Made by a program: the position numbers and the translations under genes. Source: Minisyncoccota bacterium (GTDB lineage: Bacteria; Patescibacteriota; Minisyncoccia; UBA6257; 2-01-FULL-56-20). Taken from it: a stretch of DNA of 64,000 nt. The notes below the pieces were generated by a model, which ran no database searches, had not been told where the DNA came from, and saw only the letters and a program-made list of their open reading frames with translations. Every line of letters starts with the position of its first letter. The stretch's first letter is position 1. Where the stretch lies: the NCBI GenBank assembly GCA_031291905.1, contig JARLIC010000137.1, positions 51,762 through 115,761 of the forward strand, read 5' to 3'. This document shows, one piece after another, positions 45,256 to 55,180 of the stretch.

Positions 45256-46150
45256 CCTCCTCTAAGTAATCGATGCGCTGGCCGATCCACCGCATCATGG
45301 GAACTGGGAAAGAATTGCCGAGCACCGTCGTTCGCTGCTTGTCGCTCGCGGGGCGACCCTTATAAGTGACGCTCGTCCACTCATCCGGAAATCCCTGAAG
45401 CCTCTCCCACTCGATCGGCGTGAGCCGCCTTGTGATGCCGTCCCTGGCCACAAGCACTCCTTCGCCACCCTGACTTGCCCGAAGCGTCGGCGTCATTCCG
45501 ACGCAAGCTTTAGGGGTAGGGTCTCCGGTCCAACCGACGGGCTCCTTCCGAGTGCTTCCAGGAATTCGGGCGGCGCCGTCTTTCCGTATCGCGGAAACCT
45601 TGCCAGCATCTTGTCGATGGCCTCTGGCGTCAAAAAGTACCGCTGCGGCACGCTGCCATCGTCCTCCAGAATGTCCGACAACGAAGACGCGACGGCGTCG
45701 CTGGGGGACTCCGAAAGACTGGCAGTCCAGCACACGCCAGCACACGCCAAACCCGCACTCGGCCAGGATTTCAAGGAAGTTTCCGAAAGCCCTTCCGTTG
45801 TCGATGGACAGGATGCCAGGGACGTTTTCCCAGACGAACCATCGCGGGCGAAGAACCTCAAGAAGTCTTGCATAGTGCAGCGTGAGTCCGCCGCGATCGT
45901 CAGCCATGCCTTGTCGGCTTCCGACAATGGACCAACTTTGGCAAGGCGGTCCGCCAACGAGGACGTCGATCGGCCCATGTTCATCTCCGATGGTCGTCAT
46001 GTCGCCAAGGTTAGGAACGCTCGGATGCCGTTCAGCCAGCAACGCTGAAGCGAATGGGTCGATTTCAGAGAAAAAAGACGGCTTCCATCCCAGCGGTTCC
46101 CACGCCACCGTGGCGGCTTCTATCCCGCTGCACACACTGCCATAGATCAT
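45236..46150 (-). CDS. dcm: DNA (cytosine-5)-methyltransferase
   Basis: Motif I GSVCSGIEAA, motif IV GGPPCQSWS, ENV, QRRRRVFVVG and LGNSFPV are all present. Start MIYGSVC at 46150. Confidence 0.8.
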   Translation of the reverse strand: MIYGSVCSGIEAATVAWEPLGWKPSFFSEIDPFASALLAERHPSVPNLGDMTTIGDEHGPIDVLVGGPPCQSWSIVGSRQGMADDRGGLTLHYARLLEVLRPRWFVWENVPGILSIDNGRAFGNFLEILAECGFGVCWRVLDCQSFGVPQRRRRVFVVGHSGGRWQRAAAVLFDARGHRQDAGKVSAIRKDGAARIPGSTRKEPVGWTGDPTPKACVGMTPTLRASQGGEGVLVARDGITRRLTPIEWERLQGFPDEWTSVTYKGRPASDKQRTTVLGNSFPVPMMRWIGQRIDYLEEVDRENP

Positions 46151-46217
46151 CGTCGCTATCCCAATCCTGAATCGCCACGCAAGGTTCACGCGACTCGACG
46201 ATGTTGCTTTGCCATAA

Positions 46218-47329
46218 TTACTTATTGATCGGCATAACAACATACGTATAATTTTCGCCCGACCTGAACACCACCGCGTTCTTCGGGTCCAGCAAATCCA
46301 CCGTCAGGACCGTATCCATCTCCAGTGACCGCAACGCTTCGACGACGTACTGCGGGTCCATCGTCAGCGACATTCCATCCCCATCGAAGCCGCCCAGCAA
46401 AGGCAACTCGATGCACGATTGGCCGACGTCTGAGGCGTTGCTGGTCAACTCCACGCCATCGGACGAGAACTTGAACGTGACGCCCCGGCTTTCCTCGCTG
46501 GTCACGATCGAAGCCTGTTGCGTGGCCGACAAGAACGACGCCACGTCCAGCGGGATCGTGTACGTCGAGCTTTTGGGAAACACATCCTGATATCGCGGGA
46601 ACCGGCCTTCCACCAGCCGACTGTAGATCACGCTGTTCGACGACCGAACCACGACCGCAACGCCCTTAAGGAAGGCGACGTGAATCTGATCGCCGTCGCC
46701 GGACAGAGCCTTGTCGATCAGCTTCAGAGCTTTGACCGGAAGAACGCATTGCGAATCGTCCACGTCGCCGACCCGCTCAGCAGGAACCGTGGCTCGTGCC
46801 AGACGGCGGCCGTCGGTTCCGACGAACGAGACGCTGTCGTCCGCCCGTTCGACCAGGACGCCGCCGAGAGCGTATCGAGCCGAGTTCAGGTCGGTCGCAA
46901 AAGCCGTCCTCTTGATCAGCTTCTTCAAGTCCGAGTCGATCAGGACCATGTACGATTCGCTGTCAAACCCGGCTGGCTCGGGGAACAAACTTGGTTCTTC
47001 GTTCGGCAGGTTGAACCGTGACCGCTTGCCCCGGATCAGCAACTTGTCATCATCGGCTTCGATGCTGATCTCGTCGTCGATCGACGTCCGCAGGATTTGA
47101 CTGACGCGGTCGGTCGGCAGGATAACATGGCCGTCTCGATCGAACTTCACGCCAAGCAGCGTCCGCCGCACCCCGACTTCCAGATCCGTCGCGATCAATG
47201 TGCATTCGTCGTTGTCGATGACAAGTTTCACGTTTTGCAGGATCGGCTTGGGTGATCGAGCCGGCACGACGCTGGCGACCGTTGTAAACGCTTCGAGCAA
47301 GGCTTTTCGGTTGAACGTCGCTTTCAAGG
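46218..47329 (-). CDS. dnaN: DNA polymerase III beta subunit (sliding clamp)
   Basis: N-terminus KATFNRKALLEAFTTVASVVPARSPKPILQNVKL....LIATDLEV and C-terminal YTYVVMPINK are present. Likely TTG start at 47329 with GAGGTGG upstream. Confidence 0.8.
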
Positions 47330-47815
47330 TTCCACCTCGTGTGTCGGGCCATCTGATAGAAAGGTAGCCATCTGGTAATAGAACTTCTCTCGCCCCTCGA
47401 AGTCGTCTTCGACGGCGCATGCTTCGACCTTGCCGGCGTCCAAAAACATCGCCGCCGCACAGCCAGCCTGATCGATTTCGAGGTATACAGTGCGGTACTT
47501 ATGGGATTCGGTGTGTTTGAACATCATGCCGATTCCACCCTGGACGCAAGGTGACAGCCGCGTCAGGAATTGCATTCCTGGGTATTCAGCGAACAAGAAG
47601 TACTGAGCGACATCCAAAGCTTCCAGCGTCGGCGTCGGTGCGTCATATCCGTCCCACCCTGGCTTGAGCATCGTCAGCTTCACGAGCTTGGATTTCCAGT
47701 CGATCACGCTTCCCCTGACTCCCTCTGATCTCGATCCGCAAAAAACGTCTCGTAATCTGCTTTCGTCAACGACAGCAACTCGTCGTCCGGCATGCTGGCG
47801 AGGTAGGTGTTCCAC
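47324..47815 (-). CDS. hypothetical protein
   Basis: ORF. Confidence 0.35.
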   Translation of the reverse strand: MEHLPRQHAGRRVAVVDESRLRDVFCGSRSEGVRGSVIDWKSKLVKLTMLKPGWDGYDAPTPTLEALDVAQYFLFAEYPGMQFLTRLSPCVQGGIGMMFKHTESHKYRTVYLEIDQAGCAAAMFLDAGKVEACAVEDDFEGREKFYYQMATFLSDGPTHEVEP

Positions 47816-48126
47816 TTTTCCCAGAAGTCGACTTTAGGCTTAGCCTCTTCTTGATCTCTCTCGAACTCGATCCTGTACCTACACCACCAATCACAGAACA
47901 CAACGTCTAATGCTTCGGGTTTCGTCCTATCTCCAAGCATTTCGTCAAGGGATGCTATGTTCGCCTTGACTATCGCGAGTTTGGCACTACACGACTTAAA
48001 CTGGTATCCGACCTCATCCTTGACCACCTTCGCCGGCACCTTGATCGCCCACGATTCGACGCCGACCGCGTCCATCCCGGTGGGGAACCAGACTCCGGGA
48101 GTGGATTGAAGGTCCCGCATGTTCAT
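47704..48126 (-). CDS. hypothetical protein
   Basis: ORF. Confidence 0.35.
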   Translation of the reverse strand: MNMRDLQSTPGVWFPTGMDAVGVESWAIKVPAKVVKDEVGYQFKSCSAKLAIVKANIASLDEMLGDRTKPEALDVVFCDWWCRYRIEFERDQEEAKPKVDFWEKWNTYLASMPDDELLSLTKADYETFFADRDQRESGEA

Positions 48127-48512
48127 GATTCAGGCTCCCTTGGTTTGCCGACGCCTCGATAGAAGAACCGGTAGTCGTCGATCGTAAATCTCAGTTTCAC
48201 TGTCGGCTCGATCGTCAGAAGGAAGTCGTGCCAGGTTTCCCAGTACTGAATCTGGCTGACAGCCCTATCGCGGAGAGACGTCCCTTCGAGGCGTATTTTC
48301 ATGTCGCTTTCCCAATACGCGACGTGCTTCTTTATCACAAAGTCGGCGACGTCCCCCGCCTCAATCTCGCACGTCCAGTTGTCGCGGCCGACAGCAGTCT
48401 GTACGTATTTCATTCCGTCTTCCATGGTCCCAATTCTCCCGATCGTCGTCCACTTGACCGTAATCGGGGGATACGGCGATCCGTCGGGCTGTAGACTAGG
48501 CATGTTCATCAC
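48123..48512 (-). CDS. hypothetical protein
   Basis: ORF. Confidence 0.4.
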   Translation of the reverse strand: MMNMPSLQPDGSPYPPITVKWTTIGRIGTMEDGMKYVQTAVGRDNWTCEIEAGDVADFVIKKHVAYWESDMKIRLEGTSLRDRAVSQIQYWETWHDFLLTIEPTVKLRFTIDDYRFFYRGVGKPREPES

Positions 48513-48796
48513 GCCGCCTCCTGGTGAATCAAATGCTCCGCGTCACACACCTTGAGGATGCTCAACGCGAGCTGGACCGCCTGATCCCTGGGTAGCTTCA
48601 TGAACCCCCACAGGCCAGGGCTTTTGAACGACACGTCGATCAAATCGCCTTCGCCGTCCTGGACCGCGATTTTGGCTACGGACTGGGCCTCAACGCGAAC
48701 GGTGTCGATCGGCCTTCCGGAGAGCGACCGATTGACCGTCAGCATCCGCATGGCCGTCTCTCGAAGCGAAACACTCATCTTCGCTCGCATTCTCAT
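48509..48796 (-). CDS. hypothetical protein (first gene of the minus-strand block)
   Basis: ORF. Confidence 0.35.
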   Translation of the reverse strand: MRMRAKMSVSLRETAMRMLTVNRSLSGRPIDTVRVEAQSVAKIAVQDGEGDLIDVSFKSPGLWGFMKLPRDQAVQLALSILKVCDAEHLIHQEAA

Positions 48797-48930
48797 GGGC
48801 TCCTCGATTGTCTTGCTTTCAAGCGTCCATCCTCAGCGAGCCCAATCCTACCGGGCGAACATTTGCATGTCAATGGAGAAAGCAAGAAATTTCACTTGCC
48901 ACTAAACAGGGCTTCATGAAGTGAAATCCG

Positions 48931-49304
48931 AGCCGTCGAGACCTTTCGACGGGGAGGGTTTCGCAAGACTCCTCCGCGTTCGGCTGGTCCCGGCCCCATC
49001 GCGAATAGTTGGAGCCCACACGCAGAAATGGCCCAGGATGCCCCAGGAGCGATCCGTGATGTCAAACTGATGGAATCTACCAACCTGGTCCCGGCGATCG
49101 CGTGGTGAGCCCAGGAGAGGCCTCCGAACGCAGGGGGTTGCGAGCCGGGCGACGGCGTCCCCCGCGAACCGATTTTCGGCCTCGCGTGATATACAAGAAA
49201 AACCGTCGGCCTCGTGCGAATTCGGAATTAGCTTGCGCAGTACAAGAACAAGCGTCGCTCAATCTGGATTGCGAGCCGTTCGCCGTCGAAAGGTCTCGAC
49301 GGCT
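48931..49304. promoter_or_regulatory. 22-bp perfect inverted repeat pair (48931-48952 / 49283-49304) bracketing ~330 bp of the divergent control region
   Basis: agccgtcgagacctttcgacgg versus its exact reverse complement. Confidence 0.5.
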
Positions 49305-49574
49305 CACGTCTCCCCTTAGAATTTGCATTCAGGTAAGAAGATTAGATATGGCTAAACCAAATACTAAAACCTAATCCTTCGGAGTCAAAAAGACAATACT
49401 TCGCACGGCCAGCGTGCCCGAACCTTCTTTATATAGGGAATCCATCAAAGATCGTGAATGCAAGCGGCCGATTGTCTTGCTTTGCTAAAAATCTTGCAAT
49501 CTGTCTTGACGTTCGGAATAAACGGCGGTAGGATCTGGCTCGGGCGACAAGAACGTTGGAATGGCAAGGAGAAC

Positions 49575-50741
49575 ATGCGAATGAGTGAGCTGATCGTGGA
49601 GGTGTGCGAAGTACTGGAAGTCCTGCCGCATGGGAATGCGGATCGGCTTGAGATCGTCACGGTGAAAAATTGGCCCGTGGTTGTCCAGAAGGGCCTTCTC
49701 AAGCAAGGCGATCCCGTCGTTTTCTTTCCGCCGGACAGCGTCTTGACCGAAGAACTGGCCGATCGGCTCGGCATCCGGAAGTACCTCGCCCCGGTCAAGA
49801 CCGGCGAATCCGTCACCGGCTATCGGGTCCGGGCCACTCGGCTTCGCGGTGTCGCCAGTTTCGGGACGATCGACCATGAGATCCCGGAAGGCTTCGCGGT
49901 CGGGGCCGACGTGGCGGAGCACTACGGCGTAACGAAGTGGGAGCCGCCGGCACGGGGTGGCGACAATTGGGCTGGCGGAGGGCTCAAGGGCAGCCAGTAT
50001 CGCGTCACCAATGCGGCGTTCCACCGATACAAGAGCATCAGCAATATTCGGCACAATCGCAATGCGTTCAAGGACGGCGAGATGGTCGTCCTCACGGAGA
50101 AGGTCCACGGCTCCAATATGAGGTCCGGCCTCATCAAGACGCCGTACGACCCCGGAACCGGCTTTATTGGTTTCTTGCGGCGGATTTACTGCCGGGTGTT
50201 CGGTTCGCCGGAGCCGACCTACGAGTTGATGGCCGGGAGCCACAACCTTCCTCGCGACGTCTATAGCGAAGACGGCAGCCTCACAGAGTACGCCCTCCCG
50301 ATCGGCGAACCGAACGTCGTCGGCCTGCTCAAGTACCTGAGCAACGGCGAGCACGACGTCATCCTGTTCAGCGAACTGTTCGGCAGCGGCGTCCAAGATA
50401 TGACGTATGGCCACAAGGACGGCAGTCGTGGCTTCCTGGCCTTCGACATCACGATCGACGGACGATATCTGGACGCGGTTGAGAAGTACGACCTGCTGTC
50501 CCGCTATCAGGTACCGACCGTCCCCGTGCTTTACACGGGACCCTTCTCATGGGATGTCGTCGAAGCCTATACCGATGGCCCGACCACGATCTGTGATCCC
50601 AAGGATGCCGGCCCGTTCAAGGGTCGCGAGGGCGTCGTCGTGACGTGCTTGACGGAGCCTCGGGACTATCCAGGCCGGAAGATTTACAAGTCGATTTCGG
50701 CGGATTATTTGGCCCGGAAGAATGCCACGGATTCCCACTGA
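49575..50741 (+). CDS. ATP-dependent RNA ligase (Rnl family) with N-terminal tRNA-binding-like OB domain
   Basis: N-terminus EVLEVLPHGNADRLEIV...GDPVVFFPPDSVL resembles the HPNADkL tRNA-binding domain. Ligase motif I LTEKVHGSN matches Rnl EKIHGTN. Later EGVVV and KIYK fit motifs IV and V. AAGGAGAAC upstream of the ATG. Confidence 0.65.
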   Translation: MRMSELIVEVCEVLEVLPHGNADRLEIVTVKNWPVVVQKGLLKQGDPVVFFPPDSVLTEELADRLGIRKYLAPVKTGESVTGYRVRATRLRGVASFGTIDHEIPEGFAVGADVAEHYGVTKWEPPARGGDNWAGGGLKGSQYRVTNAAFHRYKSISNIRHNRNAFKDGEMVVLTEKVHGSNMRSGLIKTPYDPGTGFIGFLRRIYCRVFGSPEPTYELMAGSHNLPRDVYSEDGSLTEYALPIGEPNVVGLLKYLSNGEHDVILFSELFGSGVQDMTYGHKDGSRGFLAFDITIDGRYLDAVEKYDLLSRYQVPTVPVLYTGPFSWDVVEAYTDGPTTICDPKDAGPFKGREGVVVTCLTEPRDYPGRKIYKSISADYLARKNATDSH

Positions 50742-50752
50742 GGAGGATCAAG

Positions 50753-51142
50753 ATGAGCGATAAGGCGAACGGCGGCTACGTGATCCCGGAGAATATCTTG
50801 AACATGATGGAATTCGGATTCTCCGGAGTCCACGAGAAGAAGCCCGTGGCCATGAGGCATGCTGAGGTCGACAAGGCTTTCCTCGCGGCCAAGAAGGCTT
50901 GTGCAGAACTGATCGAGGCCGAGAACGCCTATCTCGTGTCGCGGGGCTTCGTGATGGAGCTTGATCACGAGAAGGAGGTCGTCCGGTGGCGCGAACCCAA
51001 GGAGCATGGCGGCTCGCTTTGGGGGCGGCAGCAAGCCCTCGGGGTCGCATGCAGGAAAGAGCAGATGGCTAAATACGCAGCCGAGCAGGATATCGCGAAA
51101 CTCAAGGCTGAGCATGGGATTGAGGACGGGGGTGCGAAGTGA
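50753..51142 (+). CDS. hypothetical protein
   Basis: GGAGGA upstream of ATG at 50753. Confidence 0.4.
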   Translation: MSDKANGGYVIPENILNMMEFGFSGVHEKKPVAMRHAEVDKAFLAAKKACAELIEAENAYLVSRGFVMELDHEKEVVRWREPKEHGGSLWGRQQALGVACRKEQMAKYAAEQDIAKLKAEHGIEDGGAK

Positions 51143-51750
51143 GCGAACAAGCCAAAAGCAGCGACGCGCGATCCCCGCACACTGACGCCCTCGATACGCT
51201 CGGAAGCATCATTACAGAGAACGAAAAGCGAGACGCGATCCACCTGGCGGTTGAAAATGTCGTGGCGGCCCACGTTCTTCGGCCTGGAGAGCATGTCGGT
51301 TTCTGGGCTGTTGGGATAGTCGGGAGCAGTTCTAAGCCAGTTGGGATCGTCGATCCTTTCCTGAAGACGGCCGTCAATGAAGGCGAGCACTTCTGGCTGA
51401 TCGTCTACCCTCGCCAGATCACGTCGCTTCGTCACGTCTGGACGCACCCGGCGTTTCCTGACGCATCGGAGCTGAAGACGCAGGAGGTCGCGATTCAACG
51501 CGAAGTCGATCCCGTTGCGGAGTCACGGCGGTGGATCGATAACTTCGCCGCGTCAATCGATCAAACGACCAATCGGCTGATGGAGGCGGCTGCCACTTGG
51601 ATCAATGACCGCGAGTTCACGTACGACAACAGCCGAGCCTATAGTGACTTTCAGCACAAGTTCCCGGAGTTCTGGGGCCACTATGAAGTCGTGACTGGGG
51701 CGAAGGTTGAAGAGGACGATCGCGAGAGGTTCTTTACGTGTGGCTGCTAA
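51139..51750 (+). CDS. hypothetical protein
   Basis: GTGA-coupled start. Confidence 0.4.
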   Translation: MSEQAKSSDARSPHTDALDTLGSIITENEKRDAIHLAVENVVAAHVLRPGEHVGFWAVGIVGSSSKPVGIVDPFLKTAVNEGEHFWLIVYPRQITSLRHVWTHPAFPDASELKTQEVAIQREVDPVAESRRWIDNFAASIDQTTNRLMEAAATWINDREFTYDNSRAYSDFQHKFPEFWGHYEVVTGAKVEEDDRERFFTCGC

Positions 51751-51763
51751 GGGAGGAAGCGAA

Positions 51764-52207
51764 ATGAATCGTCGTATCTTTGGAAAGAAATCAACAGGTT
51801 GGCTTGCGGCGTTCGGGGCTGTGCTTGGCGTGAAGACGGCACAGGCCCATGAGCCTTTCGGCCTGAAGGCGACGGGCCAACTAGAGACGATGGGCTACTG
51901 GAAAACCAAGCCGGATAATCCTGCCAGCACCGATCGGTATGGAATTTACATCAAGTTGGATAGTCCAGTTATCCAAGATGACGGAACCAAGTTGGATGAT
52001 TTCATCCTCCATATTTCAGAGTGCCGCAGGGCGTGGCATCTAAAATACAGAGTGACGAGTGCGGATGGAGTCATCTCGAAACAGTCAATCCATTGCGATC
52101 AACGCAATGCTATTCACGTCAATCGGAAGGGCTTGGATCAAATCCAGATTGGGACGGCTGCAATTTTCTTGCCGCCGAAGTACGAGGAGACGTCTTCATG
52201 TCCATGA
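51764..52207 (+). CDS. Tat-signal secreted protein, paralog 1
   Basis: MNRRIFGKKSTGWLAAFGAVLGVKTAQA signal. GGGAGGAAG upstream. Confidence 0.55.
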   Translation: MNRRIFGKKSTGWLAAFGAVLGVKTAQAHEPFGLKATGQLETMGYWKTKPDNPASTDRYGIYIKLDSPVIQDDGTKLDDFILHISECRRAWHLKYRVTSADGVISKQSIHCDQRNAIHVNRKGLDQIQIGTAAIFLPPKYEETSSCP

Positions 52208-52632
52208 ATCTGAATCGCCGCGCCTTCAGCAAGAAATCAGCCGGAGCATTCGGAGCCGTCCTCGCAGCCCTGGGCGTGAAGACGGCGACGGCGGAGAAGC
52301 TGTCGACGCCGATGGCTGGTGGTCGGCTGGAGACGGTGGGCTATTGGACCCACGAAACCTGCAAGCCCGATGTCGATCCATTGCCGGCCGTGCATCTCCA
52401 TGGTCAGGATTGGCCCGCTGGGTCCAAACGGCTCCACGTGCAATCCAGGGTGGCCAAGCTAAATCACAGCTATACGGCCGCATGGAAAGGCAAGCCACAA
52501 ATGAAGTGCACCAATTGGGCCGTCGTTCGCGTGTACCTGAACCGCGATGGAACAGAGACGTACGAGTTTGTCCCGGCCGATGGTCAGTCTGAATTGCTTC
52601 GCAAGAATGAGCCGATCGGCACCTTTTCCTGA
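52198..52632 (+). CDS. Tat-signal secreted protein, paralog 2
   Basis: MSMNLNRRAFSKKSAGAFGAVLAALGVKTATA signal. Shares the RLETVGYW motif with paralog 1. Confidence 0.55.
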   Translation: MSMNLNRRAFSKKSAGAFGAVLAALGVKTATAEKLSTPMAGGRLETVGYWTHETCKPDVDPLPAVHLHGQDWPAGSKRLHVQSRVAKLNHSYTAAWKGKPQMKCTNWAVVRVYLNRDGTETYEFVPADGQSELLRKNEPIGTFS

Positions 52633-52642
52633 AAGGACCACC

Positions 52643-52981
52643 ATGAACCGGCGTGACTTCGTTGGCAAGGCGGCTGGGGCTTCGGCCCTGGCTGCTACTG
52701 GCGGAATGGCAAAGGCTGACGTAGTCGAGCCGCCGGCAGAGGTTTGCAAACTTCGGCACACGGCCGAAGATGGGCCGCCGTGCGTGAGGATCAAGGTGCT
52801 CGGGGTCACGAAAATCTATGACATGAGCGCCACGAGCTGGAATAGCGATCACCCCGGCTCCAAATGGGAATGCGAGTACGAGTTGACTCGGATCGACGGC
52901 AGCACGGTAATCAGAACCGCGAACACGGTTCAACTGGGCAGCGACAAGCAGCCCAAATCCTTTGGATTCGACCTCTCTTGA
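52643..52981 (+). CDS. Tat-signal secreted protein 3
   Basis: MNRRDFVGKAAGASALAATGGMAKA signal. Confidence 0.5.
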   Translation: MNRRDFVGKAAGASALAATGGMAKADVVEPPAEVCKLRHTAEDGPPCVRIKVLGVTKIYDMSATSWNSDHPGSKWECEYELTRIDGSTVIRTANTVQLGSDKQPKSFGFDLS

Positions 52982-53001
52982 CAATCAGGAGTCCCCAGAG
53001 A

Positions 53002-53316
53002 ATGCATGATCGCACGGAGCACCTCGACTTGCTGGCCGACCACGTTGTTGAGATCATAGGCGGGCTTCAGCGTGAAGCCGTCCGGGAAGCCGTCAGCGAC
53101 GCGACCGCGATCAACATTTGCAAGATCAAACCTTCGGCTATTCATCCTAATGGCCAGCCGATGTTTGATGCCAAAACCTTGCAATACGCTGACGGCCTCA
53201 TGGAAGACGTGTTTAGCCACATCGCCAGCAAGTGGTCCGAGTTCCGCGAGATTCAGCGGCGGCTCTGTTCGGCGAGTGCGATGCATTACGATGAAAATGG
53301 GGACTTCGATCTATGA
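53002..53316 (+). CDS. hypothetical protein
   Basis: CAGGAG upstream. Confidence 0.35.
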   Translation: MHDRTEHLDLLADHVVEIIGGLQREAVREAVSDATAINICKIKPSAIHPNGQPMFDAKTLQYADGLMEDVFSHIASKWSEFREIQRRLCSASAMHYDENGDFDL

Positions 53317-53570
53317 GCAAGGCAAAACCAGAAACCAGGAGTTCAGAACCAATCAAGGAGATCAAGAGCGAAATGCAAGTCCGTAGAGAAGTTTACGAAG
53401 CGGCGAAGCGAGACATCATCCAGGTCGTCGTCGAACTGGCCACGGAGCACGAGTTGTTCCCTATCGAGATCGTCGCGATCCTTGGCGAGATCGGTGCGAA
53501 GTTCTCGGTGGAAGAACTCAACCGCCAGTACGAAGAGTTCTACGAACCGGCCGACGCGGACGCGAGGTGA
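53313..53570 (+). CDS. hypothetical protein
   Basis: ORF. Confidence 0.35.
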   Translation: MSKAKPETRSSEPIKEIKSEMQVRREVYEAAKRDIIQVVVELATEHELFPIEIVAILGEIGAKFSVEELNRQYEEFYEPADADAR

Positions 53571-53595
53571 CAACGATGCAACCGCCCGCTCGACG

Positions 53596-54225
53596 ATGAG
53601 TGGGCGGCCTTTTATCAGGAGTGCCATATTGAGGTATGTGAGCATCGATATCGAGACGACGGGATTGAATCCGGAGACGGATCAGATCCTTGAGTTCGGA
53701 GCCGTGATCGACGACACGCTGAGGCCAGATGTTCCGGTTGAGGAACTGCCGACGTTCCGCAAGGTAATCCGGAGCGACCGGCTATCCGGGACGCCAATGG
53801 CAATCGCCATCAACGCGAGCCTGATCAACTTCATTGCTTCCGTGGAAAAGCCGGAAGAGAACGAATTGTTCTGCCTTCCTAAAGATCTTGGCTTCGAGTT
53901 CTTCGTTTGGCTTCGAGGTCATGGATTCAAGATCAAGAACAACTCGAATGCGGCCTTTGTGCCAGCAGGAAAGAACTACGCCGGATTCGATTCCAGGTTC
54001 CTAAATAAGATCCCCCACTGGAATACGTATCTGACTCCATGCCATCGCACGCTCGACCCCGCCATCCTCTACTTCGATCCCCTGAAGGACGAGAAGCCGC
54101 CGAGCCTTTACGAATGCCTGGAGCGGGCTGGGTTCGACGCTACGGTGAAGCACACGGCCGTCGACGACGCACGTGATGTGGTGCGACTTCTTAGGCATAA
54201 GTTTGCGGAGGTGTCTGGTGGCTGA
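53596..54225 (+). CDS. DEDD-family 3'-5' exonuclease
   Basis: Exo I motif YVSIDIETTGL and Exo III motif HTAVDDARDVVRLL. Confidence 0.7.
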   Translation: MSGRPFIRSAILRYVSIDIETTGLNPETDQILEFGAVIDDTLRPDVPVEELPTFRKVIRSDRLSGTPMAIAINASLINFIASVEKPEENELFCLPKDLGFEFFVWLRGHGFKIKNNSNAAFVPAGKNYAGFDSRFLNKIPHWNTYLTPCHRTLDPAILYFDPLKDEKPPSLYECLERAGFDATVKHTAVDDARDVVRLLRHKFAEVSGG

Positions 54226-55180
54226 GAACACGAAGATTCAGTGGGCCACGCACACCTGGAGCCCACATCGTGGATGTGCGAAAATCAGCCCTGGGTGTGC
54301 TAATTGCTACGCGGAACGCGGCAGTCATCGCAACCCAGGACTATTCGGCGTATGGGGAGTGAACGGCAACCGAGTCATCAACGCTGACTGGGACAAGCCG
54401 CTGGCGTGGGACCGCAAGGCCGCCAAGCTCGGCGAACGGCACCGCGTGTTCCCGTCGCTGTGCGACCCGTTCGAGGATCGCGAGGATCTGGACGGGTCGC
54501 GGTCGCGGCTTCTGGAGTTGATCAGCAAAACGCCGAACCTCGATTGGCTGCTACTGACGAAACGTCCCGAGAACTGGCGTCCGCTGATGCAAAGATTGGC
54601 GAACGCCGGAGTCAGCGACGGCGACTGCTTGGCGGGCGACTGGCTCGCCGGAAATCCGCCCGCCAACGTCTGGCTCGGCGTGTCGGTCGAGAATCAGGAA
54701 TACGCGGACAAGCGTCTGCCTATCTTGCTTCAGATCCCAGCCGCGATCCGCTGGGTGAGCTATGAACCCGCGTTGGGGCTAGTCGATTTTAAACCTCATA
54801 TCTGGGACATCGACTGGATCGTATGCGGTGGCGAGAGCGGGCCAAGGGCCAGGCCCTTCGACCTTCGCTGGGCCGAAGCCGCACGCGATCAATGCAAGGA
54901 AACCGACGTGTTGTTCTTCATGAAGCAGGCCGGTTCTCGGCCGATCATGAGCAGCGACGAGGCCAATCCCATCAAGCGGGCCGTCTGCGAGAAATACAAC
55001 GCCGGCTGGATCGAGCGGCACATCACCGATCCCAAAGGCGGTGCGATCGAGGAATGGCCAGAGGATCTGAGGGTCCGCGAGATCCCAGTTGTCGGAGCGA
55101 CGCCAGCCGAGATCAAGAAGGCCGAGGCGAAGGGGATGCCGCTGTTTGATTCTACAGAGAAGGAGACTGGCCTTGAGTGA
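54218..55180 (+). CDS. phage Gp37/Gp68-family protein
   Basis: TKIQWATHTWSPHRGCAKISPGCANCYAERG fits the N-terminal hallmark of this family. Probable GTG start at 54218 after GGAG. Confidence 0.6.
   Translation: MAENTKIQWATHTWSPHRGCAKISPGCANCYAERGSHRNPGLFGVWGVNGNRVINADWDKPLAWDRKAAKLGERHRVFPSLCDPFEDREDLDGSRSRLLELISKTPNLDWLLLTKRPENWRPLMQRLANAGVSDGDCLAGDWLAGNPPANVWLGVSVENQEYADKRLPILLQIPAAIRWVSYEPALGLVDFKPHIWDIDWIVCGGESGPRARPFDLRWAEAARDQCKETDVLFFMKQAGSRPIMSSDEANPIKRAVCEKYNAGWIERHITDPKGGAIEEWPEDLRVREIPVVGATPAEIKKAEAKGMPLFDSTEKETGLE

Noticed and set aside
49102-49374. 90-aa ORF inside the inverted-repeat-bounded control region.
   Set aside because: Arg-rich with no motifs. The region is better explained as regulatory DNA.
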